Assembly: GCA_016839765.1 (NCBI GenBank) | Contig: JAEOTP010000060.1 | Location: 1-14,970, forward strand | Source of the DNA: Promethearchaeota archaeon | Lineage (GTDB): Archaea > Asgardarchaeota > Lokiarchaeia > Sigyniarchaeales > SOKP01 | Length of the DNA stretch: 14,970 nucleotides | Direction of reading: 5' to 3' | Shown: piece by piece, positions 6,079 to 14,548 of the stretch | Numbering within the stretch: the first letter of the stretch is position 1 | How the letters are laid out: each line of letters opens with the position of its first letter | The notes under the pieces: generated by a model | What the model saw: the letters and a program-made list of their open reading frames with translations, nothing else | What the model was told of the DNA's origin: nothing | Database searches by the model: none | Position numbers and translations under genes: made by a program

Positions 6079-7446
6079 ATGACTGAGGAAGGAAAGTATA
6101 TTTCAGTACTTAATGAGATTAAAGAAATTTTTCAGTTTTTAACTGAAGGTGAACCATCGCCAGACGATGAGATAGAAGCTAGAGGAAAACTTATCAATAA
6201 TTTCAACCATATAAAAAATTTCAATGTTTTTCCTGAATATAAAGGACTTACTGAAACCATTCTTCACAAATTAGAGGATTGGGATACTCTTGATTTATGG
6301 TTTTCAGAGACTTCAATTCCTGATGATATAAGAACATTATTAAAAATACCTCAAAAACAAGAAGAAATTTCAAAAGAAGAAGCTAGCGAATCAATACAAG
6401 AACCAACTGAACAAGTAGTTGAGAAAACAGAGATAGATATGACCCAAATTGTTAACAAAGTATCTGAACAATTCAAAGGAGAAATTGAAGGTTTAAAAGG
6501 TAAAATCGAAAATCTTAAAAAAGAATTAGAGAAAAAAGATCAAACTCTTAAATCCATTTCCAAAAAGAAAGAAGTTAAGAAAATCGTACCTAAGAAAGAA
6601 CCTATATTGCCTCCCCCAAAAATAAAAATTCCCGTTTTTAAAAGACCTCCAATAAAACCTCAAATAAAAACTGAAGAGAAAGAAGAAACTAAAATCGAAC
6701 CAATTAAGCTAGAACCTATAAAAATGGATGACGAAGAAGTTCATAAAGAGTTAACTCCTATTCCTAAGAAGTCAGCTGAGGAAGTTTCTGGAGTTTCAAT
6801 TCCAATTCCAAAAGAAAAACCAAAGATAAGTCCATTTGTACAAGAAACCCATGATATCCCAATCATCACTGAAAAACGTAAAATTACTCCCATTGTAGTA
6901 GAAGAATCTGATTATGAGCCAAAACTGGAGTTAGAGTCGGAAGAAAAGCAATCTGTAATTTTTTCAGTTGAAAAACCTAAAATTTCATCTATGAAAATCG
7001 AGGAAATCGAAACAGGATCAATAAAATCAAGTACAACAGATTTATTTAATGTTTTTTCATCGGTAGGAGAAAAATCATCAGAATCTAAAGAAAAAAAAGC
7101 AGAAGTAAAAGAGCCTAAGATGAATTTAAATAATGAAAAAGGGGTAAGGTCCCAGGTCACTCCTTTTATTAATTTTAATCAATCAAAGCAAGCTGTTAAG
7201 GAGAGCGAGATTTTGGGTCCTGAAGAGGAACTACCAACAGATAAGGATTCTTTATACCAAGAATTAATCGCCTTGGAAGGAAAACGATATTCATTAGAGA
7301 AAGATTTTAAAGAATTAGATACTAAGTATCAAAAAGGTTCTATTGCTGATATTCAATATAAGAATGAAAGCGTGGTTCTTAAAAATAAGCTAAATGATAT
7401 AACCTCGAGAATCAATAAAATAAGAAGAATTATTGCTAGCTTATAG
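6079..7446 (+). CDS. Hypothetical protein: N-terminal helical domain, coiled coil, long Pro/Glu/Lys-rich linker and C-terminal steadiness-box/SHOCT-like helical hairpin
   Basis: 455-aa ORF with strong coding bias. Heptads 'FKGEIEGLKGKIENLKKELEKKDQTL'; 'PILPPPKIKIP'; C-terminal 'LYQELIALE...ELDTKYQKGSIADIQY...L..KL..I..RI.KIR'. Confidence 0.8.
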   Translation: MTEEGKYISVLNEIKEIFQFLTEGEPSPDDEIEARGKLINNFNHIKNFNVFPEYKGLTETILHKLEDWDTLDLWFSETSIPDDIRTLLKIPQKQEEISKEEASESIQEPTEQVVEKTEIDMTQIVNKVSEQFKGEIEGLKGKIENLKKELEKKDQTLKSISKKKEVKKIVPKKEPILPPPKIKIPVFKRPPIKPQIKTEEKEETKIEPIKLEPIKMDDEEVHKELTPIPKKSAEEVSGVSIPIPKEKPKISPFVQETHDIPIITEKRKITPIVVEESDYEPKLELESEEKQSVIFSVEKPKISSMKIEEIETGSIKSSTTDLFNVFSSVGEKSSESKEKKAEVKEPKMNLNNEKGVRSQVTPFINFNQSKQAVKESEILGPEEELPTDKDSLYQELIALEGKRYSLEKDFKELDTKYQKGSIADIQYKNESVVLKNKLNDITSRINKIRRIIASL

Positions 7447-7460
7447 TTAAATATTCAAGA

Positions 7461-8222
7461 CTATTGAGTAATTTCAAACATAGGGGGCATTAATAACTTG
7501 TGTTCTGCTTTTTTCATCATATCTTTAACTTTATTAACATCTTCCCTATTTACTCCTTCAAATCCTAAATTATTGTCCATTCTATATAATATTTCATCAA
7601 TAGTATTATACATTAAACCTATTTCACCCTCATCAGTTTGACCGGGCCATAGACCTGGTGATGGAGGTTTCTCAATAATGTTTTTAGGGATTTCAAGAAC
7701 TTTAGCAAGCTCTCTTACTTCAGATTTATAAAGCATTCCTAATGGTTCAAAATCCACTCCACCATCTCCATACTTAGTAAAGTAGCCAATAGCTAATTCT
7801 GCCCTATTTCCTGTACCAGCTACAAGATATTTTCCCAAAGATTGACCTACATAATATAAAGCGATCATTCTTAGTCGAGGTTTGATATTAGCATTCGATA
7901 TTGTATTAGGTTTTATGACTGGGTGAAATAATTCTAAGAATTGGTTATAAGGCTTTGTTAAATCAATAATCATAAATTCAATCCCTAAATGCCGTGAAAT
8001 TAATTTAGCATCTTCAAGATCCTCTATTGTTGATTCACATGGCAATCCTAATCCTATAACCTTTTTTTTCCCAATCGCGTTTACGCATAATGATGCCGTA
8101 ACAGAACTATCAATCCCTCCGCTTAAACCCACAACAACTCCATCGGCGTTAGCGGAATCTATATAATTTTTTATCCAATTTTGAATATCAACGCTTAAAT
8201 TTTTAAAATCTAGTGTCCGCAT
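7461..8222 (-). CDS. nadE: NH3-dependent NAD+ synthetase
   Basis: GVVVGLSGGIDSSV PP-loop, NIKPRLRM, VAGTGNRAELAIGYFTKYGDGGVD, KPPSPGLWPGQTDEGEIG. No glutaminase domain. Confidence 0.97.
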   Translation of the reverse strand: MRTLDFKNLSVDIQNWIKNYIDSANADGVVVGLSGGIDSSVTASLCVNAIGKKKVIGLGLPCESTIEDLEDAKLISRHLGIEFMIIDLTKPYNQFLELFHPVIKPNTISNANIKPRLRMIALYYVGQSLGKYLVAGTGNRAELAIGYFTKYGDGGVDFEPLGMLYKSEVRELAKVLEIPKNIIEKPPSPGLWPGQTDEGEIGLMYNTIDEILYRMDNNLGFEGVNREDVNKVKDMMKKAEHKLLMPPMFEITQ

Positions 8223-8359
8223 ATTTGATCTTATTTTCCTTTATATTAAAAACTCATTTATAAAAATATAGAAAAGAAAAGATTAAAATAAAAAATTTAA
8301 AATTATAAAATTAAAATTGGATTTTTAACTATTCTATTCAAGGATTATTTAAATTTAGT

Positions 8360-8794
8360 TTGAAAAAATTGAGCAAGATGAGTGAAGAATTTAAAGGAAT
8401 TGTAGATATATCCTATAATAATGGAACTCCATTATGGCTTTATACGAGTGATTACATTTTCGGTATGATACCTACAGATTCAAGTGGTGCCCGTTGGACA
8501 GAGATTTCATATACATTTGAAGATACTGATGAACCACTAGTAAAAACAGAAAGAAATGCGGATTTATCTTATCAATTTCTCCTTGAAGAAGTAGAAAAAG
8601 GAGTTTCTTTTTATATTGAAGATTTAAACGTTATTTCATTAAAAGAGTTCACCCAAACTCTTGAAGGAAAATCTGGACCGGAAAAAATGAGTACTATAAT
8701 AACAGAATTAATAAAAAACTCTTCTAAATATTCAGCAAATTTTCCTATAATTAAAAGTAAAGATGAACTGGGTAAATTAAAAGAAAAAGTGTAA
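8360..8794 (+). CDS. Hypothetical protein (likely start ATG 8378)
   Basis: Acidic globular-looking ORF filling the gap divergent from nadE. No motif recognised. Confidence 0.75.
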   Translation: MKKLSKMSEEFKGIVDISYNNGTPLWLYTSDYIFGMIPTDSSGARWTEISYTFEDTDEPLVKTERNADLSYQFLLEEVEKGVSFYIEDLNVISLKEFTQTLEGKSGPEKMSTIITELIKNSSKYSANFPIIKSKDELGKLKEKV

Positions 8795-8846
8795 AAATCT
8801 TCTGAAACTAATTTAATTGTTAAATTTTAGAATATTTATTTAAAAA

Positions 8847-9338
8847 TTAGATATATAAGTTCTTTCTTTGAGGATGTTTTTTAGTGAATTCCTCATCAAC
8901 TCTTCTTGCGAGCTGATACCCTAAATTCGGTTTATTCTCATGGATAACTTTCTTAAGATGGTCACCATGTTGTTGCGAATATTTCTCTATTCCTGCAGCA
9001 ATGATGTTTTGATCTTGTTTAACAGGAACTATCATTCCAAATAAACGTACTATATCCTCAGAAGACAGCTTTTTCCCTATTTTATCATCGATATCTTTAT
9101 TGATATTACGAACTAATGAGCCCATTGTTAGAGATGAATAAGGGTTTAGCATTTTTGATTTTAACCAATAAGCATCAGGTTTTTTCGTAATAAATGTGTC
9201 TGTATTACCGTGTTTATCACTTGATCCTATGATTCTCCATCCTTTAGGATTCTTATCATAATCCTTTTTCATTTTTTTTATAACTGTCTTTATCGGAGCA
9301 ACTCCCTGATAATCTTCTCCTTCTTCTTTTTCAGTCAT
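8847..9338 (-). CDS. Conserved archaeal-type hypothetical protein
   Basis: 'PKGWRIIG..D..G..D.......YWLK....NPY.....G...R.I...I...RLFG...P' resembles an uncharacterised family I recall from euryarchaea. Function unknown. Confidence 0.75.
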   Translation of the reverse strand: MTEKEEGEDYQGVAPIKTVIKKMKKDYDKNPKGWRIIGSSDKHGNTDTFITKKPDAYWLKSKMLNPYSSLTMGSLVRNINKDIDDKIGKKLSSEDIVRLFGMIVPVKQDQNIIAAGIEKYSQQHGDHLKKVIHENKPNLGYQLARRVDEEFTKKHPQRKNLYI

Positions 9339-9475
9339 ATTTTCAAATCTTTAATATCGATAAAATTATAAAAAGATAAACAATAATCTCCATAATATAT
9401 TTAGTGTTCATGAGTTAAATTCTTTACTAAAAGTTCGTGATAATAAATTAATCTAACAAAATTGTTTTCTTAAGA

Positions 9476-11338
9476 ATGAATCTTTTAGAGAATGTGGATA
9501 AAATCAATGAATTATACAATTCAGTACTTAATGCGATTGAGTTCAACAATTCTGTTAATTTAAGAGAAATTTTAATTTTAATAAATGATATGGAAAAAAT
9601 TTTTGAATCAAATTACAATAAGAAGAAGAAAGAAGGTGTTTTTTATACCCAAAAAGAGATTTCAGATTTTATTTTTTCTCAAGCCCTATTATCATTACTC
9701 AATAATGAATTTGAACATCTGAACCTTGCTCGGATTGATGAGATTAATTCATTAAATTTAAAAATTCAGAATAAACTTAAAAAATTTTTACTAAGTATTA
9801 GAATTTGTGATCCTGCATGCGGTTCTGGAGTGTTCCTCCTCAGTGCGGCTTCTATAATGCATAAATTGATGAAAAAGCTGAATTATAACGTATCTATTGT
9901 CGATCTTAAGTTTAGAATTATAAGCAACCTGTATGGTTTTGAAATTAATGATTCTGCAATTAAATTATGTAAATTAAATCTCCTAAATTGGTTTTATCAT
10001 GAAAATCCCGCAAGATTAAAGGATTTATTAACAGTTTTAAATTCAAACCTAAAATTACAAAACAGTTTAATAAATATTAAAACCTCTAATTTCGATATTA
10101 TTATAGGAAATCCACCATATGGTAATATTCTTAGAAGTAGTCATAAAGATTTCCTGAAAAAAGAGGAAATTTTTTATAATGATATTTATTGCGCTTTTAT
10201 TTTAAAAGCGATTAGGTGGACAGAAAAAATAATAGCTTTTTTGGTTCCTAAAAGTTTTCTTCTAAGACAAGGATATATCAAATTTAGAAATAATCTATTA
10301 TCCAAATCTAATATTTTAAAAATTTATGATATTGGCCCCAATCTTTTTAAAAAAGCCACTAATGAAGTCCAAATATTGATTTATGAGAAAAAGGTGAATA
10401 TGTCTAAAAATTTAAGAGTTTATAAATACCCTAATGAAGAAATTACATCTTATAAGGATCAAAAAGTAGATTCTCTAAGAATTTGTTTTAATGAGAAGTG
10501 TAATTTAAATGATAGAGCTAAAAAAATATTTGCCTACTCTTTTCAGAAATTCTGTCCTTATTGTAGTTCTGAAACCGTATCAATGAACAGAATTAGAATT
10601 AAAGCTAATCAGGAAATATTAGAACTAATTAATAAAATAGAACATAGTGGAGATCTAAATTATTTAAACATCAAGGATTTTCCAATGATGATCCGAGGTG
10701 AAGAAGCAAAGGGCCTTAAGAAGATAAAAAATTCAATTAAAAACAACCTTGAGGGTTCTTGTTTTTATATTAATGCTAAAGAAGATTTTACGTATTTCTA
10801 TTTTAAAAAGAGGAAGTCATTTGATATTAATAACATAAGTGCTGAAATATTAAAGGGTCATAATTATGAATACTATATGAATCCAAAATTACTTATTAAA
10901 CACAATAACATTTATCCTCAAGCAGTTTTTACAGAAGAGAGAGTTTGTTTCACATCTTCAATATATTCACTCCTTCATGCTGATAACGATGAATTGAAAT
11001 GTTTATGTGCCATTTTAAATTCAAGTCTAATGCAATTTTATTGTAGATATGCAATAAATAATCAAAGAGATACTACAATTAACTTAAATCAGTATATGAT
11101 AAGGCATCTCCCAATTATTCATTGCCAAAAAGATTTAAAACAAGAAATTATAGAGAAAGTTGATAATATTTCTAAATTTCTTTTTCAAAGTAATGGAAAA
11201 TTAACAAATGAAACTAAACAGCTTGTAAAAGAAATTGATAATCTAGTTTTCGAATTATATTCAATTAAAGATCATGAAAAAAAGACAATAATATCTACTA
11301 TAAAAGAACAAATAGAGTTTTTCAGAAATATTTATTGA
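9476..11338 (+). CDS. Gamma-class N6-adenine DNA methyltransferase (TaqI/Eco57I-like) with C-terminal target-recognition domain; no nuclease domain
   Basis: Motif X GVFYTQ, motif I ICDPACGSGVFL, LYGFEI, motif IV FDIIIGNPPY, FLVPKSFL. C-terminal PKLLI...LCAILNSSLM...LPI...IDNLVFELY as in TaqI_C-type domains. Confidence 0.92.
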   Translation: MNLLENVDKINELYNSVLNAIEFNNSVNLREILILINDMEKIFESNYNKKKKEGVFYTQKEISDFIFSQALLSLLNNEFEHLNLARIDEINSLNLKIQNKLKKFLLSIRICDPACGSGVFLLSAASIMHKLMKKLNYNVSIVDLKFRIISNLYGFEINDSAIKLCKLNLLNWFYHENPARLKDLLTVLNSNLKLQNSLINIKTSNFDIIIGNPPYGNILRSSHKDFLKKEEIFYNDIYCAFILKAIRWTEKIIAFLVPKSFLLRQGYIKFRNNLLSKSNILKIYDIGPNLFKKATNEVQILIYEKKVNMSKNLRVYKYPNEEITSYKDQKVDSLRICFNEKCNLNDRAKKIFAYSFQKFCPYCSSETVSMNRIRIKANQEILELINKIEHSGDLNYLNIKDFPMMIRGEEAKGLKKIKNSIKNNLEGSCFYINAKEDFTYFYFKKRKSFDINNISAEILKGHNYEYYMNPKLLIKHNNIYPQAVFTEERVCFTSSIYSLLHADNDELKCLCAILNSSLMQFYCRYAINNQRDTTINLNQYMIRHLPIIHCQKDLKQEIIEKVDNISKFLFQSNGKLTNETKQLVKEIDNLVFELYSIKDHEKKTIISTIKEQIEFFRNIY

Positions 11339-11354
11339 TTTATAACAAAATCAA

Positions 11355-12383
11355 CTATTTTAAGGTAAGATGAAAATTACAGATTTGGTCTCCCATTCCT
11401 ATAAATTTCTCACGTTTTAAAACAATATTAGAGTTAAAAGTTTTTATTACAGGATCAAGATAAGATACGCACATATCCTTACATATCGAGGAAATTATTT
11501 TATGGCGTTCTGGATTACGTTTCATAGCTTCAAGATAAGGGCATGTAACTATATTTATTATTGTCTCTTTTTCAGTTTTTTTAACAATTTCATGATTATT
11601 CCCTTCACAATTCCAAATAAAAGAGAGAACTTTTGTGAGATCTTTAAGAGAATTACCTTGAATATTAAGATATTTAACAATTCTTCTAAATATAATTCCA
11701 TAAAGTTTTTGCCACACGATAATATCTATTTTCAACGCAGTTCCAAAATTAATTTGATTTTCAACTTCAATTACCCATAATCCATCAAGCGTTCTGAAAT
11801 TTTTCGAAAAATAAAATAATTTATCTTTATTATTTAGTCTCCTTTTAGATAATCTTTTTACATTAGGTGATTTTGAGGGAGAACCCCCTTTCTGACTAAA
11901 TATGAAATCACAATTAATATCTCCTAATCCTTTATATCTAGTTCTTTTTATTTCTATTTTGTTATTAAATTCATTAGTTATAGATTCATATAAAGGGATA
12001 CAAACATTTTTACATATTAAGGGAATTTTATCATGACGATCAGGATTTCGATCCATTGCAGCGTAATAAGGACAATTTTTGATACTAACTTCAATAGTAC
12101 CCTGATCTCTAATTGCTAACTCGTAATTCCAACCCTCAACTGACCACCTAAAAGTTAAAATTTTAATAAAGTCTTTTAAATTATCTGTTTTTATATTTAG
12201 ATATTTTTTAAGTCTTAGAAAAATTATTTTTAACAATTCTTTCCAGACAACTAAATCAATATTTAATGCAGTTTCCCAATTTGTCTCTTTCTCAGTTTCA
12301 ACCATCCAAAGGCCATCTAGCGTAAAAAAATTCCTTTCAAAAAAGAAGAGTTTATCATGAACAGATAAGGGTTTCAAGATCAA
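11355..12383 (-). CDS. Tandem-duplicated DUF6125-like (V4R/ATC-hydrolase-like fold) protein with four Cys per repeat
   Basis: Two internal repeats, each DKLFxFxxNFxTLDGLWxxExE....TALxIDxxVW...YLNI...W.xEG...CPYxxAMxRNPxRH...ICKxxC...FNxxI...GxGD..CxF. TTG start. Confidence 0.8.
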   Translation of the reverse strand: MILKPLSVHDKLFFFERNFFTLDGLWMVETEKETNWETALNIDLVVWKELLKIIFLRLKKYLNIKTDNLKDFIKILTFRWSVEGWNYELAIRDQGTIEVSIKNCPYYAAMDRNPDRHDKIPLICKNVCIPLYESITNEFNNKIEIKRTRYKGLGDINCDFIFSQKGGSPSKSPNVKRLSKRRLNNKDKLFYFSKNFRTLDGLWVIEVENQINFGTALKIDIIVWQKLYGIIFRRIVKYLNIQGNSLKDLTKVLSFIWNCEGNNHEIVKKTEKETIINIVTCPYLEAMKRNPERHKIISSICKDMCVSYLDPVIKTFNSNIVLKREKFIGMGDQICNFHLTLK

Positions 12384-12600
12384 ATCCTAGTTAATTGGCT
12401 ATAATTATAAATAATGAAATGTTGCAATATTATATATAGTATCAACATTGAATATATTCTTAATAACTACACTGGTATGTTCTTTTTCTTTTTAAATTTT
12501 GACTCTATATACTAATTTTTATGTTTTTATAATTAACCAATATTTCTATAATTTATAAGATACATCTTTTAGATTTCATAATGTTTAAATAGAAAGATTA

Positions 12601-12625
12601 TTTTATATAAATTAGACACGCCTAA
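12601..12625 (+). promoter_or_regulatory. TATA box followed by a TTAG-N6-CTAA palindrome (candidate DtxR/MntR-family operator) upstream of the ZIP transporter
   Basis: TTTTATATAA (12601-12610), then TTAGACACGCCTAA (12612-12625), which is one mismatch from the palindrome TTAGGC-NN-GCCTAA. Confidence 0.6.
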
Positions 12626-12751
12626 AAAAACTTTATTTTATATTGTTATTAATATGAAATACTCAATTTAACTCATTGCATTACTTTAGAATTTTGTTAA
12701 TAATATTATTAACTATAGATTGATTAAAAAAAGAATAGATTTAAAAGAAAA

Positions 12752-13612
12752 ATGGACCAAGTTTTACTTGCTCTTTTATTAAGTTTGTTAGCGGGGTTAT
12801 CAACCACGATAGGAAGCTTTATCTCATTTTTTATGAAAAATCCTAATCCAAAATTCATTTCATTTATTATGGGATTTTCCGCAGGAGTAATGATTTTAAT
12901 ATCATTTGTAGAACTGCTTCAAGAAAGTATTAAAGGTATTGAGATTTCAATGGGAGAAAATATAGGGCTTTTACTTGGGCTATCATTTTTCTTTCTAGGT
13001 ATGCTAATAATGTTTCTTATTGATGTCCTAATTTCACATGAATATGAATTTGAAGACTCTGTAGAATTTCTTTTAAATAATGAAACTGGTGAATGTAAGC
13101 CACATCTTCATTATGGACATCGTCATCGTCGAAGAAATCATCACCGTGGTGAGAAGAGAAACGTAAAACTAGCAAAAACCTCTCTTTTTATCTTTTTTGG
13201 AGTTTTTATTCATAATTTCCCTGAGGGTATGGCAACTTTTATCGGAGCTGTAAAAAATATTGAACTTGGGATTCTATTGACTATTGCTATAGCATTACAT
13301 AATATCCCTGAGGGTATTGCTGTAGCAGTACCTATTTATGCTTGTACATTGAATAAAAAGAAAGCGTTTAAATGGTCCTTTATTTCGGGAATGAGTGAAC
13401 CGTTAGGTGCAGTAATAACCTGGGCAATTCTTTTCCCCTTCATTAATGAAACGGTATTGAGTGCTATGCTAGGAATTGTCGCTGGAATTATGATATATAT
13501 CTCATTAGATGAATTATTACCTGTTTCTCGTTCATTGGCTAAAGAACATTACTCAATTTTAGGAATAATTGCAGGGATGTTTATCATGGCTATAAGTTTA
13601 GTAATCTTATAA
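12752..13612 (+). CDS. zupT: ZIP-family divalent metal transporter (ZupT/GufA)
   Basis: LAGLSTTIG, GFSAGVMILISFVELL, HNFPEG and HNIPEGIAVAVP metal-site motifs, SGMSEPLGA, AGIMIYISLDELLP. His-rich loop between TM3 and TM4. Confidence 0.93.
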   Translation: MDQVLLALLLSLLAGLSTTIGSFISFFMKNPNPKFISFIMGFSAGVMILISFVELLQESIKGIEISMGENIGLLLGLSFFFLGMLIMFLIDVLISHEYEFEDSVEFLLNNETGECKPHLHYGHRHRRRNHHRGEKRNVKLAKTSLFIFFGVFIHNFPEGMATFIGAVKNIELGILLTIAIALHNIPEGIAVAVPIYACTLNKKKAFKWSFISGMSEPLGAVITWAILFPFINETVLSAMLGIVAGIMIYISLDELLPVSRSLAKEHYSILGIIAGMFIMAISLVIL

Positions 13613-13636
13613 AAATATTTTTCGATCTATTTATCT

Positions 13637-14497
13637 CTAAGACAAATTGAATATCCGCTTCGCATTATGATAAAATATATTTTCATAAAATTTTCTCGGT
13701 AAATCGAAGTTGAGAAGTCCTTTTGTAGAATTTTTATACTCATAGGGAATATTTGGAAAATCTGAACCAAATAATATTCTATCCTGGTAAGACAATAAAG
13801 TTTCAGGTTTAGGACGCTTGGTTTCTCGCTCTGGAAATATATTATTAGGTATATAAATCATAGCAGTATCCAAATACAGATTTTCATGTTGATCCAAAAG
13901 ATTAATGAATTTTTTATATTCAAAAGCTCCCATATGGGCAACTATAATATTCATATTAGGATATCGTGTTAAAAAGTTCACAAAATTTTTATATCCCACA
14001 TATTCATTGCGATATGGAGCCGTACCTATATGAACGGCTAACCACTTGCCTCTATCAATTATCAAATCATATATTTTGTACATACGTTTATCATCAAGAT
14101 GAAATTTTTGAACCAAGGGTTGAATTTTTATTCCAAAAAAATTATACTCATCAAATATTTTTGTAATATATTCAATGCGATCATTATCATCTGGCCAAAC
14201 AGATCCAAATGGTAATGCATTTGCATGATTCTTCTTAAACTCATATGTCCATTCATTAATATAGTCTGCTATATTTTTTTTATGAGCATAATTATAGGAA
14301 GTATAAAATTTTACATTTTTTTCCTTGAGTAAATTTACTAGTTCATTTGTAGCTAATTTATAGGTAATTTGCCACCCACTAATTTTATCTTCGTCATCTC
14401 GCCGTTCAAAAAATTCCCATATTGCCTTAAATATTTGGGATGGAAAAAAGTGACAATGTACATCAATATATTCAAAATCATAATGCGAAAATGTCAT
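13637..14497 (-). CDS. Amidohydrolase-family (TIM-barrel, Amidohydro_2-type) metal-dependent hydrolase
   Basis: IDVHCH, GIKIQP, VHIG, IVAHMG, LYLDTA, RILFGSDFP, NAKRIF. Confidence 0.9.
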   Translation of the reverse strand: MTFSHYDFEYIDVHCHFFPSQIFKAIWEFFERRDDEDKISGWQITYKLATNELVNLLKEKNVKFYTSYNYAHKKNIADYINEWTYEFKKNHANALPFGSVWPDDNDRIEYITKIFDEYNFFGIKIQPLVQKFHLDDKRMYKIYDLIIDRGKWLAVHIGTAPYRNEYVGYKNFVNFLTRYPNMNIIVAHMGAFEYKKFINLLDQHENLYLDTAMIYIPNNIFPERETKRPKPETLLSYQDRILFGSDFPNIPYEYKNSTKGLLNFDLPRKFYENIFYHNAKRIFNLS

Positions 14498-14548
14498 CAG
14501 TAAAATAAAATATGCTTTTAAATATAAATTTTAAAATATTAATTTTAT

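Noticed and set aside
6912-7160. Antisense 82-aa Ser/Phe-rich ORF
   Set aside because: Mirror of the Glu/Lys-rich codons of the 6079-7446 gene.
2195-8222. Functional link between the NDT/TIR-like protein and nadE (NAD depletion/restoration module)
   Set aside because: The genes are >4 kb apart, on opposite strands and separated by unrelated genes; nadE looks like an ordinary housekeeping copy.
8847-11338. Complete restriction-modification or BREX/DISARM system
   Set aside because: No endonuclease, helicase, ATPase or PglZ gene is recognisable near the methyltransferase.
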